The notes beneath the pieces are model-generated. The model was not told where the DNA came from. It was given only the letters and a program-made list of their open reading frames with translations, and did no database searches. From contig NC_092672.1 in NCBI RefSeq assembly GCF_964355755.1, positions 2,418,001 to 2,482,000 on the forward strand: a DNA stretch of 64,000 nucleotides. Reading direction: 5' to 3'. Positions within the stretch are counted from its first letter, which is position 1; each line of letters starts with the position of its first letter. The stretch comes from Antedon mediterranea. Its lineage: Eukaryota > Animalia > Echinodermata. Shown here piece after piece: positions 36,688-51,831 of this stretch. A program made the translations under genes and the position numbers.

Positions 36688-39600
36688 ATGTCGCAAGGTT
36701 CCACAAGAGGAAAAGAAGAACAAGCTGAGGACTCTTGGAGAGTGAAAACTCTTGAAGAGATTTTAGAAGAAAAGAAAAGGCGCAAAGAAAAAGAAGAATT
36801 AAAAAACATTGAAAAACCAAAACCGATGATGTCACATGATCAAGAAGAAAGGTTATGATAATATAACAATGCTCATTTTGATTAAACTTATTCAGTATCG
36901 CTTTTAACTAGAAATACCAATTAATTAGTTCGAAAATTATTTAAAAAATAGACGAATTTATCAATAAGGTTTACCGCAAATAACGTGCGTTTAGGAGCAA
37001 ACGCACTTGTTGTTTGTACGTACTGTATGTGTCTTGATGTTTGCTCCCAAACCCTTCCCATCAAGCATTGTGGAATGATGTTTCTCCGCGAAATCAATCT
37101 ATTTTCGATAAACCTTATAAATTGAATTAGATAATGACAACCTTTACAATAATTGCAAAGTTTAATTCTTAAGTTGATACATTAACAATGACTTAAATTT
37201 AATTATTTTTTATCCCAGAAATGATGACTTTGACTCGTTGGACATAAAACCACCACAGTTACCAACACACAAAGGGAAAAAATCTCACAAAAAGGACGAC
37301 AGACGAGAAAGACGCAAGACATCTTCACAAGAAAGCAAAAATAAAAGTAATATATTGGGGGCACTATCATTGTCATAATTCTTTCCGAAATAAATAATCC
37401 ATTGCGCTGCCGATACATTTTGACCTGATGATCAAAATATAGGGAATTACTTACAGAAGTAGTGTATTAAATATAGCTTACAGTATTTTTAGTAGTAATA
37501 TATTTTTTTAAAGTAGACTTAAATGACATATGCTCCTATAAGAAGCCATTGTTTATTTTGTAGTCATTGTATTATTTGTCCATAATAATGATAAGAATTT
37601 TAAACAACAAAAGAACAAAAATCTAATTTCCCTTAATAGGTAAACAATCGAGAAACGAGAAAGAAAAATCTTCTTCATCGTCTCAAGAACATTACAAAAG
37701 TCGGAGTAAAGACAGGCGAAATGATCCGTATGAATCAAGGAGTAGTCGCGATATTACCCGTGATACAAGGGAAAGTTACAGCCACGACAGACACGGTCGA
37801 CAGGATTTAAGAGGATACCCTCCACAAGGCCATCGGGAATCAGACAGGTAGGGAAAGTCTTTAAAACCTTCGCTGCCACCACGGCAATAAAGACTCATCA
37901 ACTTTATGTAGATATGAACACTTCAATATAAAAACGAATATAATATCAACCAACACTATATAGTATAACACGAACCAACTAACACTAAGTGTAAACAATG
38001 TCTCTTGATAATACGCAAGGTGGCGCACTGTAACAACAATAATAAAACACGAGGACGTGTGTGATGGCGCTTAAATTTATTTTCCAGAATCTGAATTATG
38101 TACTGCTTATTGTACTATAACGAGAGGCAAGCCATGATTCAACGTTCATTATTTAGAGTCAGTTTTAATTATCCTTTAAAAGAGCATTTGATGTTTCACT
38201 TGATGGTAGTCATTTCACAACAGTTTGCCATTTCTCCAAGTTAAACTTGCTCAAATATGGTAGTGATATGCCCACATTTGGTAATGATATGACATCATGT
38301 TCATATATGGGCACAAAGCTCTCCCTAGTGGGTAGGACTAAGCTTCTTTTGGAACAAATTCACAACACTATATAAATCCAAGATATTAATTATTAATTAA
38401 TTAACAATTTTTTTGTTTGTTTCGTTAATCATTTCCTGAAGTCTTTGTTCTTATGTTGAAACAATGTTTTCGGTTGTTTCAAGTTCTCTCGTAGCAAATA
38501 CTTTTCCACAGCCACATTGGATCAAATTTTCCACCATCTTTCTCAGATTTACATTTTTTATTTACTTTATCCAGAGACCGATGGAGGCAGACATCGTCTG
38601 ATAACTGGGATAGTCGAGGTGGTCACTATGATAGGAACCATCAACGAGGATACAAACACACAGATGAATACAGAAGACATGGCGGACATCGAGAAGGTAC
38701 ATGTTTCCTAAATCGTTCGGTAAATGACCACCACCGTCTTTAAAACAAAAAATTAATGTATTTTGTGTTTATGTCTAGGAGGGTCAAGATCCCAGGAGGA
38801 TGGTAGTGAAAGAAGTTCCAGTGATCGAAGAGATCGCAAACAGAAACATGAAAGAGATCGCAGTCCCCATCACAGACAGGAATATGGTAGGTATTCTGTT
38901 CATGCTGATGATCATAGTATTGTTGTTGAGTATTATGGGATTGTTGAGTATTATGGGATTGTTGAGTAGTATGAGATTTTTGAGTATTATGTGATTGTTG
39001 AGTATTATGGGGTTTTTGAGTATTATGGGATTGTTGAGTATTATGAGGTTTTTGAGTATTATGGGATTGTTGAGTATTATGGGATTGTTGAGTATTATAG
39101 TTGTTGAGTACTATGGGAATGTTGAGTATTATGGGATTGTTGAGTATTATGGGATTGTTGAGTATTATGGGATTGTTGAGTATTATAGTTGTTGAGTACT
39201 ATGGGATTGTTGAGTATTATGGGAATGTTGAGTATTATGGGATTGTTGAGTATTATGGGATTGTTGAGTATTATGGGATTGTTGAGTATTATGGGATTGT
39301 TGAGTATTATGGGATTGTTGAGTATTATGGGATTGTTGAGTATTATAGTTGTTGAGTACTATGGGAATGTTGAGTATTATGGGATTGTTGAGTATTATGG
39401 GATTGTTGAGTATTATGGGATTGTTGAGTATTATGGGATTGTTGAGTATTATAGTTGTTGAGTACTATGGGAATGTTGAGTATTATGGGATTGTTGAGTA
39501 CTATGGGAATGTTGAGTACTATGGGAATGTTGAGTATTATGGGATTGTTGAGTATTATGGGATTGTATGTATTATAATGTTCTCATTGTCAGACAACCAC

Positions 39601-42600
39601 GCCAGCAGCAGGGAGCGTAGGCATAGTGAGGATGAGCCACATGCAAGAATGGAGGTTGATCAAGTCACTGAGGAGGAGGAAGAACAAGATCATCATGAGC
39701 AACATTCAGAAGATGCGGTTGAACATGAGCAGCATTCTGAAGAGGAGGAAGAGCAACAATCATCTGGGTAATTTGTTTTTTAATAAATCCTTGATCTAAG
39801 GAGAATCTTAATATACTTATTTTAGATTGTGTTTAATGTATAGTTTATAAAACCTTTAATTGCTGCAGTAACTGCAGTACAATGATTTTTCAGTCACGAC
39901 TCTATCGCTCACTATGTCGGTCAGTTGGTCGGTCAGTAACACTAACTCAAACACAGGACTGGGCCAGCCATGTACATGTTAATGTTAATTTCAACCTCAT
40001 CTTATCACACATAAACCATGATCTTAATTGCTGCAGTAACTGCAGTATCATGATATTTTAATAATTTTTTTAGGAAAGAGTCAGGTGAAGAATCAGGAGG
40101 AAGTGAGAGTGATTCTGATGAATCTGAAGAAGACTCTGATGAAGAAGAGAGTGATGAGGAGGGGGAGGAAGAAGAGGAGGAGGAGTCAGGCACAGAGGAA
40201 TCTGAATCAGAATCCGCTTCAAGTTCAGAGTCTGGTGAGCTTCAATTCTTTGATTATATACAAGGTTTTGTCTAGTCATGTTAAAGATGTATTATCCCCC
40301 TAAAAAAATAATTCTTAAAAAAAATTGTTTTTGAATATGCTATTTTATTGTCACATAATAGTTATCCATTTTGAATATAATTATTAATAATGTTCTAAAT
40401 TTCTTTAGAAGAAGGAAGCGGGAGCGAGCACAGTGAGAACGCTGAAGTAGTAGCTGACAAGGATAAAAGTGAGAAATCTTCTAAACCCTCAAAAGGTTAT
40501 TTTTTAATATATTAACATTTTTGATAAAATAAAATCTATGATATAGCGATCTCACCACATGTTATAGGGAAATAAAAATTTTGATTTTGAATATTATATT
40601 TCAATATAGATTATAAAGGTATCCAATAAAAATGTTATGTTAACAGGTGTTACACAAAATTGTTTAGATTATAGATAGACGATTATTAGTCATGACTTAC
40701 ATTTTTGGTTGTTATTAAGTAATTACTGTATAACATTTTTTGGGGGTATTTTTTTTTTTTATGAAAGCAGTTTGGAGTAATAATTCAAAGAAAACCACTT
40801 CAAACTCTTTCCTCTTATTCCAACATCTCTCCACAACAATCTTATAAATAAATTTACACCAGTATTATATATTTTTTTAATAGGGGCCAAATCTAAATTT
40901 GAACAAGATTCCTCTCCTGAGCCCCAGATCATTCAACCGGAAAGCACTCCACCGGGAAATTATCTTCCAGACTCTCCTCCAGTGTCTCCGGTTGAACTGA
41001 AACCGGAGCTACCCACATACTTACCCGCGATCTCAGGTTGCAGGAGTGTCGAGGAATTTACGTGTTTGAATCGCATTGAAGAGGGAACTTACGGTGTTGT
41101 GTATAGAGCCAAAGACAAGAAACTGGGTTAGTGTCGCTGTCGCTCTGTCCACACTATCAAACTTTATGTAACAAAATATGTGATATGCCCATATATGGAC
41201 ACGATGATGTCATATCACTACCATATTTAGGCATATCACTACCATATTTGGGCATATCACACTTTTTTTGTCAAACTACTTTGAACATGTAGACAGAGAT
41301 TTAGATGAGCTGATTTCATAATTTCGATGGTGTAAATAGCCTTTAAGAGTTCTTGGACGTAAAGCTCTGTCTACACTATTAAACTAGTTTGACAAAAAAG
41401 AGTGTGAGGTGCCCAAATATGGTAGTGATATGCATGGTAGTGATATGTTTATCACATTTTTGTCGCATAAAATTTGATAGTGTATCAGAGCTTTAGGCCT
41501 ATCTGCTGATGAGTTTTTTAGCACTCCCACCAGAGTAACTACATAAAATATCTTACAGTAGTTTTAACTTTCATTCATTAACATCATTTATTTTTTGTTT
41601 AGATGAAGTTGTAGCTTTAAAGAGATTAAAAATGGAGAAAGAAAAAGAAGGATTTCCAATAACATCTTTACGAGAAATTAACACATTACTGAAATCTCAG
41701 CATATGAATATAGTAACAGTTAGGGTAAGTTAATTAGTTACTAAATATTATTAGTTTCACTGTGTCTGGTTTATCAGTTTTTTAATTTCATTTGTGGCAC
41801 TCTCACAAAAGAAACCAACCAAACCAGTAAACTTTGCATCATAAACATTTATTATTATGATTTTTGTAGGAAATTGTTGTTGGAAGTAACATGGATAAGA
41901 TATACATTGTGATGGACTATGTAGAACATGATTTGAAGACATTGATGGAGACAATGAAGCAACCATTTACTCAGGGTAAGAAAACATTTGATGTGGGTAA
42001 AAAGCTTTTTGTTGTTAATTACAAACTGAATACCATATTTATTCGAATAAACTCTCCACTTTGAATAAACTTCTCCCTCGAATAAACACCCCCCATAGAA
42101 CATCATTTTAAATAAACGCCCCCTCAAATAAATGCACCGCCACATGCATGTATACACAATATTGTAAAACAACAGATTTCTATTTGTAGTAGAATTCATT
42201 GATTGACAAAACAAAGCATTTTGATACAGTTTTTACTTTATTTTATAACTTCTTGATATTAATTGTGTTGTATTTTTTCATATCTAGGGGTATTTATTTG
42301 ATTATATGTATATTACCATAATACACTCAAAAAAAGTAAATGCCTCCCCCGAATAAACGCTTCCCTAAAACTTGAATTCTAATAAATACGGTGAATAATA
42401 TTGTACATAATTCAGGTAATATTTCTTTTTTAAATTACACACGCACAGATTGTAAAAATAAAGCAGGATTGAGATGGAGGTTTGGAGGAGAATTTTGTGA
42501 TAATAATATTTAAAAAATAGGATTATCCCCAATCAATCGCCTTGATTACAATTGTTATACCTTCAGAAAATAAGATTTGCATTTTGTTCTTTTTTTAGGT

Positions 42601-45600
42601 GAAAGCAAATGTTTACTGAAGCAATTACTTGACGGAGTCCATCATCTCCATGACAACTGGATACTGCACCGTGACCTCAAGACGTCTAACCTTTTACTCA
42701 GTCATAAGGGAATCCTTAAGATCGGTGACTTTGGTTTAGCGAGGGAGTACGGGTCACCCCTGAAGCCTTACACACCCATTGTTGTTACTCTGTGGTATAG
42801 AGCTCCAGAACTCTTACTAGGAATTAAGGTAAACCATGCTGTTACTAATGTTATTGTTTTCTTGTCTTTATTATTATTATCATCATTTTCCTATACTGTG
42901 TAGAACCTCACTTGAGTATAGTCACACATTTTTTGGCTCCTTTTCACATATTGTACTGTTAATGTATGATGTGAATGAAGTTGAAAGTAAAGGCAGCTGG
43001 GCTTCCTAATTTTCATTAAATTTTGTGTTGCACACGTTTCATATTATTATTATTATTATTGCATTACATTTTTTCTTATCTTTTTTTTAGATAGTAATTT
43101 CTAATTTATGTCAACATCTATCAATTACAGTTTCTTATAATGTATCAAATATATATAATATATCTAAATATTATATAAATACAAGAGCCTACTTCACACT
43201 AATAAAATATGGAAATTTATGATTGGGGAGGAAGAAAAGATGTGATGCTGTCCACTTGAGAGGTTCTCTAACTAAATATAAAATAATTACTTACTCTTTT
43301 GCATATTGTTTTTGAAGGAATATGCCTGTCCAATTGATATGTGGTCAGTAGGTTGTATATTCGCTGAGTTTCTCACAATGAAGCCATTGTTTCCTGGCAA
43401 ATCAGAAGTGGATCAATTAAACAGGATATTTAAGGTACAGTAAAAGGTTTTTATTGTTGTACATTTGAATCCTTTCTTCAAATTTTTACAGTTGTTCCAA
43501 AGATTAGTAATGATAATAATATTTATTCGGCAAAGTTCTTAAAAAGTACAATTTACATTTCATCTTGCCAGGAGTAAGTAATAGCAAAGAAAATATATCA
43601 CAAGAATGAGTATTCCGCGATTTTTGCATGAGAAATTTGTAACAGAGAGCTCCAGTGAGTGATGCCCGCCCTCATAAGGGCGGATGTATACATACTAAAT
43701 AAGACTTGATTTAATAGATATTATACATGTCACATTAAATAGAATTATGATAATAGTTTTTGCAATTGTAAACTATTTTATAATACATATTTATTAACAA
43801 ACTAGTGTACATTCAATTTTACATACAATTATTTACTAACATGCTAAGTTAGTTCACAAAAAAGGCCTAACACAGCAACACCAAAAATCATGAATCGTTA
43901 CTCAGCACGGCCTATTCTTTACCATTGCCGTGTACTACTCTACGCCCGGTAAATTAAGTATTGTTTTTATGATATAAATTAGTATAAAATACATGTTATT
44001 AATAGGACAAAATGTTAAATGTCATTAACATTTATTTGTTTTACCAGAAAGAAGTTAAATATAGGAATATTATTAAACTATCCTTTGTGAAAACGCGTAA
44101 ACACCAACACGCCCGGTCACGCTATCGTAGCGCCCGGTTGATAAAGCAAACTGTTTATACGGCAGTTTTTACTAAATAAATTGCAGAAAACGAACAATTA
44201 AATATCCAAATAGTATTTAACATGATGTTGGCATGTAGTTGATAACATTTTTTATCATGAAAATACTACCGGTGGTCTAGCCTTTGATTATTGAAACCGT
44301 CACAAAAAGTTGTATACATCCCAGATACATCCACACTTATGGCGGCGCCCTACCACATGGACAATATTACTGTTACAGGGAAAATCGCGGATTACTCATT
44401 CTTGTGATATATATTCTTTGGTAATAGGCATGAGCCCAAACAGAAAACTGCTCTTACTCCATCATTATTATACAATACAAAAATAAGTAGTACAAAATAA
44501 TTAAAAACGAAACAAAGTTATAATGAAATGAAATACACCAATTAAGAATAAGCTGCATTAAATAAACAATATAAATAATTTAATATTTTGAGATAAAATG
44601 TTTGGTGTGTTAGGCTTTAAAGTCTGAAATTGTAGCACATTGTTTAATTTCATTGGGAAGTTGTTCCCATAATCTAGGAAAAATAACAAACGATGAATTT
44701 AAAAATGTATTGGTCTTGGCCTTCCAATATATTAACGCCCTTCACACCTCTCTCACTTGATCTGACAAACTCATTGCAGAATAAATAATTCCAAGTAATT
44801 TAAAAACCAGGTTTATTTTTAATTTCCTCACTAAGCCTTCAACAATGTTCCAAATTAAATTTTGCAAAGGAGATTATTTTAACAACAATTTTTTAATTTG
44901 AAATAAAAAAAAAAATATTTTAACATTTTAAACATTTTTATTTTATTTTGTAGGAACTTGGAACACCAAGTGAAAAGATTTGGCCTGGGTACAACGAACT
45001 GCCAGCGGTCAAGAAAATGACCTTTGCTGACCACCCTTATAACAACCTTCGCAGTAGGTTTGGTACTTACTTAACAGATGTTGGCTTTGAACTCATGAAC
45101 AAGTTAGTGTACTTTATTTGTGTCTTGTTAATAGAACCAATGTAAAATCAATAAAAAAAATGAAATGACAAAAAAAGATTGAAGTTTGGAACCATTCTCC
45201 AAAACAAATGAGTAAAGTTAACAACTATACAAAGCACCAAATGGTGACAGGAAATGCTTAAGCATGTATCTCAACATGCTTTTTAAATAGTTTAAATAAA
45301 GTACAATATATTTTTCTTGTTTCAGATTCCTCACCTACAATCCTGGTAGACGGATAACAGCTGACGAGGCAAAGAAACACGAGTATTTTAGGGAAAGACC
45401 GTTGCCAATTGATCCTTCCATGTTCCCCACATGGCCGGCGAAGAGTGAGATGGCAAGGGTTAAGAAGAGCAGTCCAAAAGCACCAGAGGGTGGCCAGCAG
45501 TACAAAAACCTTGTGAGTATGAATTCAGATAGTTACTAAATAAGAAATTAGTGAGAAAGTAATCAAGTTTGAGACTTGTTATTAGTTTCTATGTTTCTTG

Positions 45601-46278
45601 AATAACTGGTACAACATTTTGAAATTGGTGCTTGTCAGTTTGAATAGCAGTTAAAGTATGAATAGCAGTTAAAGTTTGAATAGCAGTTACAGTATAAATA
45701 GTAGTTACAGCACATACTGTACATAAATATAAAAGAGAATACATTTTTTCTAAATGAAATTAAATTATAAAAATAGAAATTGATTTTTAGTATGTGCTTA
45801 ATTTCTCTTTTAAAAAATTGTTTAATCAATTTTAATGTTAATATTAGTATAATTTAACTTATTCAATATAAATAAATAGATATCAATTTTAATGTTAATA
45901 TTAGTATAATTTAACTTATTCAATGTAAGTCACACAAGTCACAAGTCACAAATCAGTTTATTTGATCCAAAAGAAAAAAAAAAAAAAATACAAAGCAAAA
46001 AATATACAAAAGGACCAGGGAGACTTCCATTAAGGCCAAAAGCCGCATGCATGGAAGCCACCCGTAAATAAATAGATATCAACCTATGGGTGCTTTCGAG
46101 TCCTTAATATGCTAAAGTATATATATTTATTTGGAATTTTTAAAGGTTTTGCGTTCACTTTTATGTGATTAAATTGTTTTGTTGCTTATAGGATGATGAT
46201 GAAGCAGAGGAAGGATTCCGATTGACTCTTGCATCTCAAGGTGCTGCACAAGGCTTAGGGTTCAGTCTCAAATTCTGA
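36688..46278 (+). CDS. CDK11: Cyclin-dependent kinase 11 (PITSLRE). Exons 36688-36851, 37219-37346, 37641-37847, 38575-38696, 38779-38886, 39593-39767, 40074-40234, 40409-40495, 40884-41126, 41603-41724, 41870-41975, 42599-42828, 43318-43434, 44954-45102, 45326-45512, 46192-46278
   Basis: N-terminal [22 protein letters not shown]/poly-E region, [44 protein letters not shown]-terminal GFSLKF*. Confidence 0.95.
38920..39565. repeat. 18-bp intronic minisatellite (gttgagtattatgggatt)n
   Basis: Roughly 35 units, with periodic 16-bp variants. Confidence 0.95.
42031..42392. mobile_element. Tc1/pogo-like MITE in a CDK11 intron
   Basis: Ends taccatatttattcgaat / aataaatacggt; internal gaataaac..ccc repeats. 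Confidence 0.55.
43585..44420. mobile_element. P-element-like MITE (836 bp) nested in a LINE 3' fragment
   Basis: ~40-bp TIR CAAAGAA.ATATATCACAAGAATGAGTA.TCCGCGATTTT; 7-bp TSD GTAATAG (43578-43584 / 44421-44427); CA..TG ends. Confidence 0.8.
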
Positions 46279-48820
46279 CATGACAAGAATCAATAGAGGC
46301 TTTTAAGACAAACTAATTTTACTACCAGATGCGAGAATTACAGTTCACTCTCAAATTGTGCATCTGAAAAGACTAAACAGATTGACTCCTGAATTGCAAG
46401 GTGCTTAAAAGGTCTTAGAGTTCAGACTCAAATTCTGAAATCCCAGAAGAATCAATAGATGTATTCTTTAAGATATACTAATTGTACATGTACTACCTGA
46501 TACGAGGATTAGGGTTTATATACTGCATCTGACATCTTAAAAAACTTGGTAGATGCCTAATCAGATTTACTCTTGCATCTGAAGGTACTGCACAAGTCTT
46601 AAGATTCAGACTCAAATGCTGACATCCTAGAAGACTTGGTAGATGCTGTTAAGAAATACAGATGTTGCTTAATAAAGTAGCATACAGCAACAAAACTGAA
46701 CAATTCCAGTTCTATTAAATGCTTGTATACAGTAACAATGTACGTAAATGGATATACAATATAAACATATATGAGCACTGTATATTTTTCAAAGAAAATG
46801 TATATTCCATGTTGATACAGTGTAAACATATACAAAAGTAATAATTAAGCTGATAGAATGATGGTAGGACAATAGTAAATTATTACTGTACATGCTATTT
46901 AGACCCTGTTGTACCAAATAAATATTATGTACTGTAATTCATACCCCATGTGCTATAGTGTGCAGAGTAGTGTTTATTAATTTATAGATATTAAATTCTA
47001 CTTGGCTGTTTCCTTAAAAAGGACGTAAACAGATGTATTGAGTTGCTCTGAAATAATCGAAAAAAACTTGCACCAAAATGCTTTGTTATGAAGAAATTAC
47101 TTTAACAAATGGTAAACAAAGGTTGTTTTTAGTCTTTAAAAGCAACAATTACATATTCAGTACCTGCATTATTTACCATAATAATAATGCTTATACTACA
47201 CTGCAGTAAAATTTAAAAGAACTTTTTTTTTACCCTATTAAGATATTTTTAGACTTCTTATATAGAATTGTAAATACTAGACACAAGATGAAATAAAAAC
47301 ATTTTCTATAATTATCTATAGTTTCTGTTGTGTTTACATGATGCATTTTTAATCCGGTTCACAACAGAAGGTTGGAGGTTGGAGCTAAGGAAATTATGAA
47401 CTATTAATCTGCGCATGCGTTTAAGGCCTTTTTATTCGCAGTAAAAAGCAGACGATATGTAGCGTGACGTCATTTTAAAAACTTTTTTCCCAATGAAAAT
47501 CACGGAAGAACGACGCAGTGTATGTTTCAATATTATTTTGCGTGTTTTTTACTATTGTTTTCAAAGAATTGTACCACTTTTTTGTGGTCGTGAAGACTTT
47601 ATGTAAAAATAGAATAGACGATTTGTGAACATAAATTGCATAGGCCTGAGTAGGCTACCAATGACTTCAGGCCTAGTAAGTCTAGCTTGACCAGGATGGT
47701 GGTGCTGTTTTTAAGACTGAACACAGCCTCAGAGAACTTACTCAAAGACGTTGTGGGCCTAGCCAGACGGTGGTTCACAAAGTCTGACTTTCAATTTCCA
47801 TGTACTGTAATTGCTTTTTGAAACACATTTACTTTGTACTTTGTACACATTTATACTTTCTGTCCTGATAACTTCACCTATGAAACATCTTTTTCTTATA
47901 GATACTTATTTTATGTGTTTAGATTAAGTATATACATAAGCCCAAGTGGCTAGACATGATAGATAGAATTGCTTGAAATTAATCTGATTAGCAAACACAT
48001 TTCTTGAAAAGTTAGATCTAAAAAGATCTAACAATTAAACCAAAGATAAACAAACACTTTCAATTTCTAGTTTTATTGTTCTTTAAACATTGTAAAACCA
48101 AATAATATAATACTAAATTAAACACTTCTGGACTAAACACATGGTGTCAACTTTACATAAAAATAAACAGGTAACGTTGAGCTTGCTTGCTCAGTCTGGT
48201 TTTAAGATCAAAATTATGGAGGATGGCAAACAATTTGAGATTTTGAGAAGGTTTCGGAATTCTTGAGTTTGATTTTTTTTCACATATACTTTGGTAATAC
48301 TGTAATACTCAAATGTTCTAAACTTAAATTTTATTTTAAACAACTGTAAAGCTTTCTTGACAAAAAAAACACAAATGTAACTTTAGCAATCAAAACTTGC
48401 TTAACTTTTATTTTAAGTTCAACTTAATCAATCAGTTTAAACTAAAAACAACTGTGTAAATTGTAATAGTGTATATAAAGGTCAAATTTAAATTAAAAAT
48501 GCTATAAAACTATAAGTGATTGAAATTTACTTAAATTTGTATAAACTACATAATTATGCTATACACAGTATAGCTTTAATCTGTGAACAACAAAAACACA
48601 ATTTTTTTTAATCACTAATTTTCAAATGTTCAAAGTTCAAATGCTCCACCATATCCTACAGTATCAAAATAAATGGAATTGAATTGTGTGAGAAAGACAA
48701 ACACCGTAAAAACATTATCATATAAATACAAAGTAAAATAAAAAATGTAACAATACTATTATAACAATATACTGCTACAGTAGTGAAATGATTTGGTTTA
48801 TAAATACTGAATCCAATTTT

Positions 48821-49042
48821 AAGCCCATCCTAATGTATAAGCCCACCTAATGTACAAGCCCACCTAATGTACAAGCCCACCTAATGTACAAGCCCACCTA
48901 ATGTACAAGCCCACCTAATGTACAAGCCCATCCTAATGTACAAGCCCACCCTAATGTACAAGCCCACCTAATGTATAAGCCCATCCTAATGTACAAGCCC
49001 ACCTAATGTATAAGCCCATCCTAATGTACAAGCCCACCCTAA
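48821..49042. repeat. 17-bp minisatellite (gcccacctaatgtacaa)n
   Basis: About 13 units read directly. Confidence 0.92.
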
Positions 49043-50573
49043 AGTTGGAGTATATATTTATGTAAATACAGTATATATGGGCATAGTATAATATATTTTT
49101 ACTGTAAATGTATTACACTACAGTATGGATTGTAATAGTTTATTACTGTAGGCTAATAAATGTTTTTGTCAACATTCTCATTTCACGATAGAACTTCACA
49201 ATTTGTACATATCCCAGACCATATTTCATTTTAACAACCTAATATGTTAAACATCTACTGATAAATAGAAGTTACTGAACAACCTTAATTAACGCTAATT
49301 TAGATTTTCTACTCGCACGTCTAAAGCTCTGTCTACACTATCAAACTGTATATTATGACGTCAAAAATGTGCCCATATATGGACATGATGATGTCATATC
49401 ACTACCATATTTGAGCATATCACTACCATATTTGAGCATATCACTACCATATTTGAGCATATCACTACCATATTTGAGCATATCACTACCATATTTGAGC
49501 ATATCACTACCATATTTGAGCATATCACTACCATATTTGGGCATGTAACACTTTTTTGTCAAACCAGTTTGATAGTGTAAACTCTTCTCGACATTTCTCG
49601 ATTGTACTCAATAACTTTAACTCATTTTAACAAATTTAATAAATAATACATTGATTTATAAAATCATTGTGAACTTAAAAGAAAGGTGATTAATATTCCT
49701 AATTCTAAGTATTTTTACAATAATTACATAATGATAACAACTCAAATGTTTGTTTCAGTATACTTACATTACTGTACTATACAAGTCTACAAAAATAGAG
49801 TTTGTACTTTAACAAAATTTATCTTTGTACCGACATAGTAGAAGTTTTGATCAAAATAATGATTGTTTTTGCAACATAAAGATTTCTTTCTACTGATGAT
49901 GATACTTAACTGTAATGTGTTAACAGCACAGAGGTAATTTTTTTTCTACATTAACAATTAGAGTTTAAATCTACGATACATCAATTAATATTTTGCATAT
50001 ATGCTCAACTCTGATTGGTTATATCATTTTGTGCATATTACAGTCCAATGTTTAGTATCTAGATATGCTTCTGATTGGTGATATCATTTGTAGTGTTTAA
50101 TATATCAATTTGTATATTTTCAATGTTTAGTATCTAGATACTGTACAGTATGCTTCTTTTTGGTGATATAGTTAATAATGATAATATTATCAATGTGAAT
50201 AGTTCAATGTTTAGTATCAAGATATGCTTCTGATTGGTGATATCATTTGTAGTGTTTAATATATCAATTTGCATATTTTCAATGTTTAGTATCTAGATAC
50301 TGTACAGTATGCTTCTTTTTGGTGATATAGTTAAAGATCATGGAACATGGTATTTGATGTTTATGTAAAATAGTAGTATTATAGTTGTTCTCCTTGATGG
50401 ATATTAAACAGACAATAAATTAAAAGTTTTCAGGACATAATTAAAGTGTTTTCTGCTATTTCGCGCAACTGCTCTCAGTTCACGACTATTCGGGTTTTTT
50501 CGGCATTTTCCGGTAACCTCTGATAGTGACGTCATAAGATGAAGAAACTTTTTCGTGTACTGTACAAACTAGG

Positions 50574-51831
50574 ATGTCAACACGTATCGCGTATGATTTT
50601 GACAGTTCTTCGTCAGAGGAATTAGAAGAGGAAACATTGATAGTGGAATGCGAAACTGAGGAAAATGAAGGAGAAACTATTTTGTTTAACAATCGAAATA
50701 TTGAATGGAATGTCGATGAAATTAATTCGGCCGTACATGTACGAGCCCGATTGTAGTTCTAATGATTCTTCATCATCAGAAGATGGCGACGGTGACCGTC
50801 ACCTAGGCTAGGCCTACCTACAATTCAAGCAGAGAATATTCAACTTCAAACCCAGTTATTAAATTGGTTAGTAGTACTATCTCTTTTATTAAAAATTAAT
50901 GTATAACTTTATTGTATAATTAACAATTCCCTAGTAGATAACTACGATATTCTTCCGTCATGCCAGTGTGTATTGTGGCTTAGTTAGGCCTAGATAGAGG
51001 CTAGGCCCTACTGTACTTTACTCCCAATTCATGCGGCTAGGCCTAGCCCTCTCACCGGCGACGGTCGGCTATCGTCTATAAGCCTAGGGCCTAGATTGAA
51101 TTTTTTTAACGAAATAAAGATTAAATTGAATCGTAGAAAGCAAAAATGTACATTACGGTATTAGACTGACCATTTTATTTAACAAATTTGCACTTTGTTG
51201 TTTGAAATAGGCCTCCTAGGGTAGGCCTAGATAGATAGGCCCACCCCTAGGCTAGCCAAGATGCAGATTTATTTTCCTATTTCACACACAATACATTAAA
51301 TTAATCATTAATAATCACTAAAACTTTAAAAATATTTAATATAGCGCCCTATAAATTGTGACATCTCAGAATATTGTAGCGCTACAATATTATTATTACA
51401 AAATATTTTTGTTTTTATAATACAGGTGTGATTGTGGCCATTGCCAGATGCTACCCACGTATCGCGAATGTCGATGTTGCCAGGAAGTAGGCCCTATTAT
51501 TTATTAATCATAGGCTGGAGGAAGGTCAGACAATTTACAATACGGAGAAGCCTACATATGCATCACTGAACATCCTGGATTCACTGCTGCCTGTTTGAAT
51601 TTGCATGTGTTGGAAATTGCATGGCTGCATTACCGCCAACAGTATGACACACCTGTTGAAGCCTCAAAACATAAACGTCTGAGACATATTGCGTACCGGC
51701 AACTCGCCAGATGGTTTTTGGGCCGAAACCTAAGGGTATTCTTACCATCATGTGCCGTTTCCTGCATAAGAGCCCACTTCCCACCACCAGGTATGGAAGA
51801 TGATCTCCAGTTTGCTGGATTTTTGGATTGA
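50574..51831 (+). pseudogene. KolX-type accessory gene (P2X7 C-terminal ballast-like zinc domain), disrupted
   Basis: Exon 1 IRPYMYEP...W| (donor after 50866); exon 2 from 51426 CDCGHCQMLPTYRECRCCQE...CITEHPGF..ACLN..VL...RHIAYRQLARW.LGR..RV.LPSCAV..IR..FP. Confidence 0.8.

Noticed and set aside
38800-39565. ORFs of VEYYGI / LLSIMG repeats
   Set aside because: They are translations of an intronic 18-bp minisatellite between CDK11 exons
49353-49562. ORF with (LKYGSDM)n
   Set aside because: It is the 21-bp internal repeat of a MITE
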